DNA of 64,000 nucleotides, taken from the NCBI GenBank assembly GCA_024226515.1, contig JAAELQ010000057.1:12723-76722 (forward strand), written 5' to 3'. Below the pieces are notes generated by a model. That model was not told where the DNA came from and searched no databases. It was given only the letters and a program-made list of their open reading frames with translations. How positions within the stretch are numbered: the stretch's first letter is position 1; the number at the start of each line of letters is the position of its first letter. This document shows positions 1 to 8,327 of this stretch, one piece after another. Source of the DNA: a bacterium. Its GTDB lineage: Bacteria; Acidobacteriota; Polarisedimenticolia; Polarisedimenticolales; Polarisedimenticolaceae. A program made the position numbers and the translations under genes.

Positions 1-726
1 CGGTTCTCGGTCCTGCTGGGCGAGGCGGAGCGCGAGCTCGTCGACGAGGTCGCGCTGCCGATCCCGCCCGAGACGACGCAGCCGGTGACGGCGACGATCG
101 AGATCGGTCAGGAGCAGACGATCTCGGAGCTCGACGTATCGGTCGACATCAACCAGAACGAGCCGCCCGAGCTGATTGTCGAGCTCAGCTCGCCGCAGGG
201 CACGACGGTGCGGCTGCACGATCAGTCTGCGGGAACTACGCAGTACGGGATTCAGCGACGCTACGACCTTGACGCTGCGCCCGACGGCCCGGGCACGATG
301 GCCGACTTCGTCGGCGAATCGGTGTCGGGCACCTGGACGCTGTCGATTCAGGACCTGGGCAACGTCTCGACCGGCGATGGGTCGCTGCGTAGCTGGACGC
401 TGCACATCGGCGTCGAGGGCAGCTGGGACTGTGCCCCGGCGGCCTGCCAGGATCCCGAGCCGGGTGAGGTCGCGGGGGTGACGCTCGAGCGGACGTCCAA
501 CGGCGGCTCGCACGACTTGATCTTCGGCTGGGACGCGCTGGTGCCGGTGTCGGGATACCACGTGTTGCAGTCGACCGTGGCGACGTTCGACTCGGGCGTG
601 ACCGAGATCGGACAGACGGACAGTGCGACGACGACTCTGGCCGTGGACGACCCGGACGGCCCCGCGCCGTCCGTGACGTACTTCCAGGTGCGCGGCGTCA
701 ACGGCTGTGGCGTCGAGGGACCTTGA
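1..726 (+). CDS. 3' end of a secreted multidomain protein: proprotein-convertase-type P-domain followed by an FN3-like C-terminal module (paralogous to the C-terminus of 29361..32738)
   Basis: Frame 1 is open from base 1 with no stop before track ORF 85..726, so the gene starts upstream of the window. TVRLHDQSAG...GTWTLSIQDLG...LRSWTLHI matches the P-domain pattern seen again at 32130..32426. The tail ...VTYFQVRGVNGCGVEGP* parallels ...VTFYQVRAVNGCSQESP* at 32735. Confidence 0.75.
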   Translation, partial: RFSVLLGEAERELVDEVALPIPPETTQPVTATIEIGQEQTISELDVSVDINQNEPPELIVELSSPQGTTVRLHDQSAGTTQYGIQRRYDLDAAPDGPGTMADFVGESVSGTWTLSIQDLGNVSTGDGSLRSWTLHIGVEGSWDCAPAACQDPEPGEVAGVTLERTSNGGSHDLIFGWDALVPVSGYHVLQSTVATFDSGVTEIGQTDSATTTLAVDDPDGPAPSVTYFQVRGVNGCGVEGP

Positions 727-736
727 GGGGGATGAG

Positions 737-2716
737 ATGAACAGGGTGAGAACGCTGTGTGTCGGGTTGTCGTTGACGGCTCTCGTGTCGACGGGGCTGG
801 TCGCGGCGCCGCAATACGTCGACGTCACGGCCGCGCGCAATATCAACTTCGTCGGGACCTACGGCAGCGGATTCCCCTTGATCTTCCCCGAGGACATGCT
901 GCAGGCCAACATGGGCAACGGAGCGGCGGTCGGCGACTACGACGGCGACGGCGACCTCGACATCTACCTGCTGGCCCAGCTCGACCTACCGAACGTGTTG
1001 CTGCGCAACGACCTCGACACGGGGTCGAAGACGTTCACCGACGTGACGGCCACCGCGGGCGTGGGCGACCTCGGCATGTCGCGCGTCGCGCACTTCGCGG
1101 ACCTCGACAACGACGGCGACCTGGACCTGGTGCTGGTCAACGACAACAACATGACGGCTCTCTTCCCGGTCTCCAAGCTGTACCGCAACGACGGCGGCAG
1201 TTTCACCGACGTGACCGCCGGCTCGGGCTTCGAACCGCTGGGCTTCCTGCGCTGTGGAACGTCTCTGGCCGACTACGACGGCGACGGCCTGCTCGACGTT
1301 TACGTGACCAACTGGGGGCTCGAGGCGAGCGTGGGGCAGCCCAACTTCCCGGGCTCGAACCGGCTGTATCGCAACCTCGGCGGGTTCACCTTCGAGGACG
1401 TCACCGAGGACGTAGGCCTGGGCACGCTGAACCGCGACAGCTTTACCGCGATCTTCCACGACTTCGACGACGATCAGCGCCCCGACCTGTGGGTCGCGCT
1501 GGATCACACCGAGGACGAGTTCTACTGGAACACGCCGACCGGTTTCGTCAACGACACGGCGGGTGTCGGGGCGGACCATACCGGCAACGACATGGGCATG
1601 GCGGCGGCCGACTTCGACGACGACGGCGACCTCGACGTCTACGCCACCAACATCACCGACCCGAACGGCATCTTCCCCACGACGCAGTACAACGTGATGC
1701 ACGTCAACCAGGACAACGGCGGCGGGTCGACGTTGTTCGTCGACGAGGCGACGACGCGCGGCGTCGAGGACACGTACTGGGGCTGGGGTGTCGAGTTCAC
1801 CGATTCCGAGAATGGCGGCGACCTCGATATCGTCGCCGTGACCGGCTTCGACGCCTACGTCGATCTGGCCGATCCGGGCTCGCCGATCTACACGACGCCC
1901 TCCGTGCTGTTCGTCAACGACTCGACGGCGATGTTCGTGCGCGACGCGACCGCCGGCCTCGAGGCCGAGGACGATTCGCGCGGCCTGGTCGCGTTCGACT
2001 ACGACCGTGACGGCGACGAGGACCTGCTGATCACGAACGTCAACCAGCCGGTGCGCCTGCTGGAGAACGTCAGCGATCCGCAGGGCCACTGGCTGACCGT
2101 GCGGCTGCAGCAGACCGCCGGCGGCAACCGGAACGGCGTGGGCGCGACCGTGTGGGCGACGATCGGCGGCAAGACCCGGCGCCGCGACATGATCGTCAGC
2201 GACAGTTACCTCACGGGCAGCCCGGCCGAGGTGCACTTCGGTTTCGGCGCCGCCTCGGTCGTGGACGAGCTGCGCGTGCAGTGGACGGACGGCAGCGAGT
2301 CGACCTACCACAACGTGCCCGTCGACCGCGAGATCGACATCGTGCAGCTCGGCCCGGACGGCGATCTGGACGGCGTCGAGGACGGCGTCGACTGCGCGCC
2401 GGGCGACGGCCTGCTGTGGTCCGCTCCGGGCCCGTCCGGGACGTTGACGTTGTCCGGCGGCACGTCGACTGCGCTGAGCTGGTCCGCGCCGGCGGAGCCG
2501 GGAGGCTCCACGCCACGCTTCGACCTCCTGCGCGGCACGGCCCCGGACCTGTCGGCGTCGACCTGCCTGCTGACGGACGTGCCCCAGACGAGCACGTCCG
2601 ACGGCGCGATGCCGGCGGACATCTACTACTACGTAGTGCGCGCGCGCAACGCGTGCGGTGCAAACGCCGGCAACGACTCGTCCGGTGCGCCGCGCACGCT
2701 CGGGTCGTGTCCGTGA
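737..2716 (+). CDS. CRTAC1/ASPIC-UnbV family FG-GAP (VCBS) repeat protein, secreted
   Basis: Track ORF 707..2716. The ATG at 737, preceded by GGGGGA (727-732), gives signal peptide MNRVRTLCVGLSLTALVSTGLVAAPQ. It has repeated Ca-binding FG-GAP-type loops (DYDGDGDLD, DLDNDGDLD, DFDDDGDLD, DYDRDGDED). An ASPIC/UnbV-type segment reads GGNRNGVGATVWATIGGKTRRRDMIVSDSYLTGSPAEVHFGFG. The C-terminal 111 aa form an FN3-like module. Confidence 0.85.
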   Translation: MNRVRTLCVGLSLTALVSTGLVAAPQYVDVTAARNINFVGTYGSGFPLIFPEDMLQANMGNGAAVGDYDGDGDLDIYLLAQLDLPNVLLRNDLDTGSKTFTDVTATAGVGDLGMSRVAHFADLDNDGDLDLVLVNDNNMTALFPVSKLYRNDGGSFTDVTAGSGFEPLGFLRCGTSLADYDGDGLLDVYVTNWGLEASVGQPNFPGSNRLYRNLGGFTFEDVTEDVGLGTLNRDSFTAIFHDFDDDQRPDLWVALDHTEDEFYWNTPTGFVNDTAGVGADHTGNDMGMAAADFDDDGDLDVYATNITDPNGIFPTTQYNVMHVNQDNGGGSTLFVDEATTRGVEDTYWGWGVEFTDSENGGDLDIVAVTGFDAYVDLADPGSPIYTTPSVLFVNDSTAMFVRDATAGLEAEDDSRGLVAFDYDRDGDEDLLITNVNQPVRLLENVSDPQGHWLTVRLQQTAGGNRNGVGATVWATIGGKTRRRDMIVSDSYLTGSPAEVHFGFGAASVVDELRVQWTDGSESTYHNVPVDREIDIVQLGPDGDLDGVEDGVDCAPGDGLLWSAPGPSGTLTLSGGTSTALSWSAPAEPGGSTPRFDLLRGTAPDLSASTCLLTDVPQTSTSDGAMPADIYYYVVRARNACGANAGNDSSGAPRTLGSCP

Positions 2717-4683
2717 GATCGCGCGCCAGCGTCGCGACGCTGCTGGTCGCGCTCGTCGCCGGAACGGCCTCGGCGGCGCCGCAGTTCGTCGACGCGACGG
2801 ACGGCGCCGGCATCGACTTCGTCACGACGTGGGGCAGCGTGTTCCCGCTGATCTTCCCGCACGACATCATGCAGCGAAACGTCGGCACCGGCGCCGCGGT
2901 GGGGGACTATGACGGCGACGGGGATCTCGACATCTACTTCCTGGCGCAGCTCGACCTGCCGAACAGGCTGTTCCGCAACGATCTGAATCTCGGAACCAAG
3001 TCGTTCACCGACGTCACCGCGACGGCGGGGGTCGGAGATCTCGGCTCGTCGAGGGTGACGAGCTTCGGCGACCTGGACAACGACGGCGACCTGGATCTCA
3101 TCCTGGTCAACGACAACGACACGAACGCGACCTTCTCCAAGAGCAAGATCTACCGCAACGACGGCAACGACACGTTCACCGACGTGACGGCCGGATCGAG
3201 CTTCGAGCCGCTGGGCTACCTGCGCTGCGGCGTCGCGCTGGCGGATTACGACGGCGACGGCCTGCTCGACATCTACGTCACCAACTGGGGCTACGAGACG
3301 GGCACCGGTAGCCCGATCTATCCCGGCTCGAACCGGCTGTACCGCAACCTCGGCGGCTTCGTGTTCGAGGACGTGACCGTCTCCTCCGGACTGGGCGTGC
3401 TCGCTCGCGACAGCCTCGGGGTGATCTTCCACGACTTCGACGGCGACCATCGTCCGGATCTGTGGGTCGCGGTCGACCACACGAGCGACGAGTTCTACTG
3501 GAACACGCCGACCGGTTTCGTCAACGACAGCGCCAACGTCGGGACGACGCATACCGGAAACGACATGGGTATGGCCTGCGCGGATTTCGACGACGACGGG
3601 GATCTGGACGTCTACATCACGAACATCACCGACGAGTTCTTCGGCTACACGCAGCACAACGTGCTGCACGTCAACGACCAGGACACGTCGGGCTCGGTGC
3701 ATTTCGTCGACGAGGCGCAGGCGCGCGGAGTCGAGGACACCTACTGGGGCTGGGGCGTCGAGTTCATCGACGTCGAGAACGACGCCGACCTCGATATCAT
3801 CGCGGCCACCGGCATGGACGAGTTCGTCTCCTTCCTGGATCCGGCGTCGCCGATCTACCAGACGCCGTCGGTGTTCTTCGAGAACGACTCCAGCGGAAAC
3901 TTCACGCGCAACAGTACGGCCGGGCTGGAGTACACTGACGACTCGCGGGCGCTGATCGCCTTCGACTACGATCGCGACGGAGACGAGGATCTGTTGTTCA
4001 CCAACATGAACCAGCCGGCGCGCTTGCTGGAGAATGTCAGCGATCCGCTGGGCCACTGGCTGTCGGTGAAACTGATTCAGACCGCGGGCGGCAACCGTGA
4101 CGGGGTCGGCGCGACCGTGTGGGCCACGATCGGTTCCACGACCAAGCGTCGCGACGTGATGACCAGCGACAGCTACGTCTCGGGCAACCCGGCCGAGGTG
4201 CACTTCGGTCTGGGGGCGGCATCCGTGATCGACACGCTGCGCGTCGAGTGGACGGACGGCAGCGAGTCGACCTACCACAACGTGCCGGTCGATCGGCGCA
4301 TCGAGATCGTGCAGCTCGGTCCCGACGGCGACCTCGACGGGGTCGAGGACGGCGTGGACTGTGCGCCCGCGGACGGCGGGCTGTGGTCCGCCCCGGGAGC
4401 CGCGACGGGCCTGGCCCTGACCGGCGGAGCGGCGACCCAGCTGAGCTGGAGCGCGCCGGCGATCTCCGGCGGCACGGACCCGCGGTACGATCTGCTGCGA
4501 TCCACGTCGCCGAATCTCGCATCCCATGACTGTCTATTGACCGACGCCGAGCAGACGACGGCGAACGACGCCTCGCTGCCGACCGAGGTCTTCTACTACG
4601 TGGTCAGAGCCGGAAACGGCTGTGGCGCGAACGCCGGCCAGGATTCGGCGGGCACCCCCCGTGGTCCCGGGGAGTGCCCATGA
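2713..4683 (+). CDS. CRTAC1/ASPIC-UnbV family FG-GAP repeat protein, tandem paralog of 737..2716
   Basis: The GTG at 2713 overlaps the upstream TGA (GTGA, 2713-2716) and gives signal peptide VRSRASVATLLVALVAGTASAAPQ. The track ORF start at 2152 lies inside the upstream gene. It is colinear with the upstream paralog along the full length, with the same FG-GAP loops, the same UnbV segment and the same C-terminal module ending GECP*. Confidence 0.85.
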   Translation: MRSRASVATLLVALVAGTASAAPQFVDATDGAGIDFVTTWGSVFPLIFPHDIMQRNVGTGAAVGDYDGDGDLDIYFLAQLDLPNRLFRNDLNLGTKSFTDVTATAGVGDLGSSRVTSFGDLDNDGDLDLILVNDNDTNATFSKSKIYRNDGNDTFTDVTAGSSFEPLGYLRCGVALADYDGDGLLDIYVTNWGYETGTGSPIYPGSNRLYRNLGGFVFEDVTVSSGLGVLARDSLGVIFHDFDGDHRPDLWVAVDHTSDEFYWNTPTGFVNDSANVGTTHTGNDMGMACADFDDDGDLDVYITNITDEFFGYTQHNVLHVNDQDTSGSVHFVDEAQARGVEDTYWGWGVEFIDVENDADLDIIAATGMDEFVSFLDPASPIYQTPSVFFENDSSGNFTRNSTAGLEYTDDSRALIAFDYDRDGDEDLLFTNMNQPARLLENVSDPLGHWLSVKLIQTAGGNRDGVGATVWATIGSTTKRRDVMTSDSYVSGNPAEVHFGLGAASVIDTLRVEWTDGSESTYHNVPVDRRIEIVQLGPDGDLDGVEDGVDCAPADGGLWSAPGAATGLALTGGAATQLSWSAPAISGGTDPRYDLLRSTSPNLASHDCLLTDAEQTTANDASLPTEVFYYVVRAGNGCGANAGQDSAGTPRGPGECP

Positions 4684-7499
4684 GACCGCACCGGATTCTG
4701 GTCGGCGTTGTTTTTATTCTCGGTACGCTCGGTCTTCCCTCCTGGCCCGGAGAATTGTCGCCGCGCCTGAAACGGGCGCTGCCCGCCGCCGGGCCGGGGG
4801 ACGAGCTGCCGATCGTCGTTCTGATGGATGCAGCCCCGGTCGACGGGGCTCTCCTCGACCGCCTGCGCGACATGAAGCGCAGGGAACGCCGCTCGTTCGC
4901 GATCGCTCGGATGAAGCAGCTCGCACAGAGCAGCCAGGCGCCGGTGCGCGCGGTGCTGGATGCGCTGCCCGGCGGAGCGCCCGAATCGAGAGTGCTGCTC
5001 GGGATCAACGGGCTCGCGCTGCGTGCCGACCCGCTGACGATTCGCAAGCTGGCCGAGCTTCCGCAGGTACGCTGGGTGCTGTTCGATAGCGGGGGCGGCC
5101 ACCCGGACGCCGCCCCGCGGTCGGGAGTCTCCGCGGCGGCCCGGGCCGCGTGGCGTCGCGGCAACCGCGCCGCGGGCGGCGGCCCGACGGGAGGGGACAC
5201 CTCCGGGCCGAACCCCGCGGCGACCGTTCGTCCCGAGCTGACGGCGATGGGGGCCGACGCCGTGTGGGCGTTGGGCCATACGGGCGCCGGGGTGATCGTC
5301 GCCATCGTCGACACCGGCTTCGACCGCACGCATCCCGATCTGGCCGATCACGTCTGGACCAATCTCGACGAGATCCCGGACAACGGCGTCGATGACGACC
5401 TGAACGGCTTCATCGACGACACCTGGGGCTGGGAGTTCTGCGACGACCACAACGACCCGGGGCAGGGCAACCAGCACGGGACGCAGGTCGCGGGCCAGGT
5501 CGCGGGAGACGGCACCAACGGAAAGGTCACCGGGATGGCGCCCGACGCCGAGCTGATGGCGCTGGCGATCGACTGCGACACGCCGTCGATCGGCTGGGCG
5601 GCCAGTGATTACGCGATCGCGGAGGGCGCGCACATCATCTCGCAGTCCTACAGCTGGTGGTGGACCGACCAGCCGGACTACGAGGCGTTCCGCCGTCAGA
5701 CCGACGCGGAGTTGGCGGCCGGCGTGATCCACGTCAACTCGGCCGGCAACCACGGCGGAAGTTCGACTTACCCGATCCCGTACAACATCTCGACTCCGGC
5801 CAACTGTCCGGCTCCCTGGCGCCACCCCGAGCAGGTGGCGGGCGGAGTGTCGTCGATGATCGGCGTCGGCAACATCGACTGGTTCTTCGACACGATCGCC
5901 TTCTCTTCATCCACCGGGCCGGCGGCCTGGGAGGACATCCGGGCCAATACCGACCCCGCCTACCCCCACACGATGCCGCCCGAGTATCGGGACTACCCGT
6001 ACGCGAACGGCGCGTCGCCCGGCCTGATCAAGCCCGACATCTCGGCCTACGGCAACTCGACCGAGTCGACCTGCCCCGGAGGCGTCTACTGCGCGTTCAG
6101 CGGTACGTCCGCGGCGCAACCGAAGGTCGCGGGCTCACTGGCGCTGATGCTGTCGGCCAACCCCGAGGCCTCGCCCGCGCTGCTGGCCGAGGCGTTGCTG
6201 ACGACGGCCGAGCACCGGGGCACGCTCGGCCTGAACAACGTCTACGGCGTCGGGCTGGTGCAGGCGCTGCCCGCGGTCGAGCTGGTGCAGTCGGACATTC
6301 TCTATCAGTCGCATGCGATCGACGACACGGCCGAGGGCAACGGCGACCTGGCCGCGGATCCCGGCGAGCGCGTCACGTTGCGCATCACCGTGCACAACGT
6401 CACCGAGTCGACGCCGATCAACGATGTGCAGGCGATTCTCAGCAGCTCCACCCCCGGAGTGGAGCTGCACAATCACGTCGGCTTTTACCCGCTGATCCCT
6501 GCTCTCGGCTCCGCCGAGAGCCAGGCCCCCCACTTCTCGCTGAGCATCGCCCCCGAGCTGTGCGCCACCACGATCGAGTTTGATCTGGAGCTGCGCTACA
6601 ACGGCCAGGTGCGCAGCGTGCAGTTCGCCGTCCAGGTCGGCGAGGCCGACTGGGTCACGCTGCTGGACGACGACTTCGAGACGGACAGTGGCTGGATGAC
6701 GGATCCCGGAACGGCGACCCAGGGCTACTGGGTGCGCGAGGACCCGATCCCGGTGCGCGACTTCTCGAACCGTCTGTCCAATCCGGAGGACGACACGACG
6801 GTGGCGCCGGGCACGCACTGCTGGGTCACGGGCAACGGATCGTCGGGGTTCTTCGACCCCAACGGCAACGACGTCGACGGCGGTACGGTCTCGCTGACCT
6901 CGCCCGCGTTCGGCTCGCCGTTTCTGCTGGCGCTCGATCTGAGCTACGACAGCTGGTACTACGACTCCAACATATCCGACGTGGACCGCTTCGACGTGCA
7001 GCTGTCCAACGACGGCGGCAGCAACTGGGTTCCGGTCGACGTCCGGAACAACGACTTCGGTGGCTGGGAGACCCGCAGCGTGGACCTGATCTCGGCCGTT
7101 GCTCCGACGAGCGACATGCGATTGCGCTTCAGCGCGACCGACGACCCGATCGACGGTCCGGTCGACGCGGCCGTCGACGAGGTCCGACTGCGGGGCATCC
7201 TCGCCATGTGCGACGACCACGTCCCGACCGTCTTGCAGTCGCCGAACCCGGTGGGTGACACGCTGCGACTCGTGCCGGCCGAGGGCGGCCATCTCCTGCT
7301 CGAGTGGGACGCCCCGCCGGTCGACGGCGCACACGATCCGGCGACGCTGTATCGCGTCGACCGCTCGGCGGCCGCCGACGCGGGGTTCGCGGAGATCGGT
7401 TCGGCCACGGCGACGACCTGGGTCGACGTCGACGGGCTCGCGGCACCGAGCGTGTCGTACTACCTCGTGCGGGCCGAGAACTCGGGTGGCGGAGAGTAG
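4680..7499 (+). CDS. Secreted subtilisin-family (S8) serine peptidase with C-terminal accessory domains
   Basis: The ATG at 4680 overlaps the upstream TGA (ATGA); the GTG at 4674 is an alternative. Catalytic motifs are VAIVDTGFD (Asp), HGTQVAG (His) and SGTSAAQPKVAG (Ser). It has a signal peptide (RILVGVVFILGTLGLPSWPG) and an I9-like propeptide. After the catalytic domain come a module shared with the metalloprotease (6321..6644), a jelly-roll/MAM-like region (DDFETDSGW...DEVRLRG) and an FN3-like tail (7209..7496, ...SYYLVRAENSGGGE*). Confidence 0.9.
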   Translation: MRPHRILVGVVFILGTLGLPSWPGELSPRLKRALPAAGPGDELPIVVLMDAAPVDGALLDRLRDMKRRERRSFAIARMKQLAQSSQAPVRAVLDALPGGAPESRVLLGINGLALRADPLTIRKLAELPQVRWVLFDSGGGHPDAAPRSGVSAAARAAWRRGNRAAGGGPTGGDTSGPNPAATVRPELTAMGADAVWALGHTGAGVIVAIVDTGFDRTHPDLADHVWTNLDEIPDNGVDDDLNGFIDDTWGWEFCDDHNDPGQGNQHGTQVAGQVAGDGTNGKVTGMAPDAELMALAIDCDTPSIGWAASDYAIAEGAHIISQSYSWWWTDQPDYEAFRRQTDAELAAGVIHVNSAGNHGGSSTYPIPYNISTPANCPAPWRHPEQVAGGVSSMIGVGNIDWFFDTIAFSSSTGPAAWEDIRANTDPAYPHTMPPEYRDYPYANGASPGLIKPDISAYGNSTESTCPGGVYCAFSGTSAAQPKVAGSLALMLSANPEASPALLAEALLTTAEHRGTLGLNNVYGVGLVQALPAVELVQSDILYQSHAIDDTAEGNGDLAADPGERVTLRITVHNVTESTPINDVQAILSSSTPGVELHNHVGFYPLIPALGSAESQAPHFSLSIAPELCATTIEFDLELRYNGQVRSVQFAVQVGEADWVTLLDDDFETDSGWMTDPGTATQGYWVREDPIPVRDFSNRLSNPEDDTTVAPGTHCWVTGNGSSGFFDPNGNDVDGGTVSLTSPAFGSPFLLALDLSYDSWYYDSNISDVDRFDVQLSNDGGSNWVPVDVRNNDFGGWETRSVDLISAVAPTSDMRLRFSATDDPIDGPVDAAVDEVRLRGILAMCDDHVPTVLQSPNPVGDTLRLVPAEGGHLLLEWDAPPVDGAHDPATLYRVDRSAAADAGFAEIGSATATTWVDVDGLAAPSVSYYLVRAENSGGGE

Positions 7500-7533
7500 C
7501 CCGGGGCCGCTGCTGCGCTTCGGCCGGAAGCGC

Positions 7534-8319
7534 GTGCTGATCGGCGTCGGCGTCTCCTGCGTCGCGATCGAGCTGTTGCTCGTGTTCCTGGACGCGACCG
7601 TCAACTACTCGCACTGGACGCGGCTGGGCATGATCCGGCGCCTGGTCAACATCACCCGGGAGGACGCCCTGGCCTCGTGGTTCGGCGTCACGCTGACCCT
7701 CATGGCCGCGCTGACGCTGTGGCTGATCTGGCTCGTGGCCCGGGCCGAGGGGGTCTCGCGCCGCGTCGCCGTGGGCTGGCTCGTGCTGGCGCTGCTCTTC
7801 AGCTACGTCACCGTCGACGACGGCGCGCAGGTGCACGAGCGTGTCGGCTCGGCGTTCAAGAAGGTGTACACGAAGGACATGTCGAAGGCCGAGCCCACGA
7901 CGATCGGCGGGAAGCTGCTGAGGAGGTTCCCCAGCTACGCCTGGCAGATCGTCTTCGCGCCCGCGTTCATCGCTCTGTTCGGCTTCATGCTGCTATTCCT
8001 CTGGACGCAGTTGCCGGATCCGCTGTCACGCTTCGCGATTTTCGCGGCGCTCGCGTGCTTCGGTCTGGCCGTGGGGCTCGATTTCGTCGAGGGGCTGGAC
8101 CCGGGGCACGAGTGGAATCTTTATTCGCGCATCGATGCCGCGTACGACCTGCAGAACTTCGCGCTCGTGCAGTTCGAGAAGAAGCCGTACGACGCGCTAC
8201 GCCACTTCTCGAAGTCCGCCGAGGAGTTCCTGGAGATGCTGGGGATGACCCTGCTGTGGGTCGTCTTTCTCTCGCATTTCATGAGTCGGGCGGAGACGCT
8301 ACGCGTCGAGTTCCGCTAG
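7534..8319 (+). CDS. Hypothetical polytopic membrane protein
   Basis: This is the in-frame part of track ORF 7099..8319 that lies downstream of the S8 stop (7497-7499). The GTG at 7534 follows GGAAG. There are five or six hydrophobic helices (VSCVAIELLLVFL, LTLMAALTLWLIWLV, VGWLVLALLFSYV, IVFAPAFIALFGFMLLFLW, FAIFAALACFGLAVGL, MTLLWVVFLSHF). I recognised no family, and the start codon is uncertain. Confidence 0.5.
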   Translation: MLIGVGVSCVAIELLLVFLDATVNYSHWTRLGMIRRLVNITREDALASWFGVTLTLMAALTLWLIWLVARAEGVSRRVAVGWLVLALLFSYVTVDDGAQVHERVGSAFKKVYTKDMSKAEPTTIGGKLLRRFPSYAWQIVFAPAFIALFGFMLLFLWTQLPDPLSRFAIFAALACFGLAVGLDFVEGLDPGHEWNLYSRIDAAYDLQNFALVQFEKKPYDALRHFSKSAEEFLEMLGMTLLWVVFLSHFMSRAETLRVEFR

Positions 8320-8327
8320 CGGACCTG

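Larger units (their letters stand above)
737..4683 (+). repeat. Tandem duplication of a ~2 kb gene unit (two CRTAC1-like paralogs, head to tail with a 4-nt overlap)
   Basis: The proteins align end to end by eye. Stretches are near-identical even at DNA level, for example gtgcagctcggcccggacggcgatctggacggcgtcgaggacggcgtcgactgcgcgcc (about 2343) against gtgcagctcggtcccgacggcgacctcgacggggtcgaggacggcgtggactgtgcgcc (about 4310). Confidence 0.8.

Noticed and set aside
986-2311. 441-aa minus-strand ORF (and similar ORFs at 757..2010 +, 2629..4527 -, 2211..2888 -) overlapping the CRTAC1-like genes
   Set aside because: These are antisense or alternate-frame shadow ORFs typical of high-GC DNA. The translations are Arg/Ala/Gly/Val/Pro-rich with no motifs, no signal or TM features and no RBS. 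The sense frames carry clear domain signatures.
2152-2712. 5' extension of the second CRTAC1-like ORF as given in the track (start 2152)
   Set aside because: The extension lies entirely inside the upstream gene in another frame and encodes an Arg/Gly-rich string. The GTG at 2713 yields a proper signal peptide matching the paralog.
8313-8322. 10-bp palindrome CCGCTAGCGG between the convergent membrane-protein and RND genes
   Set aside because: It has no loop, contains the stop codon TAG, and is too short to act as a terminator. It is most likely coincidental.
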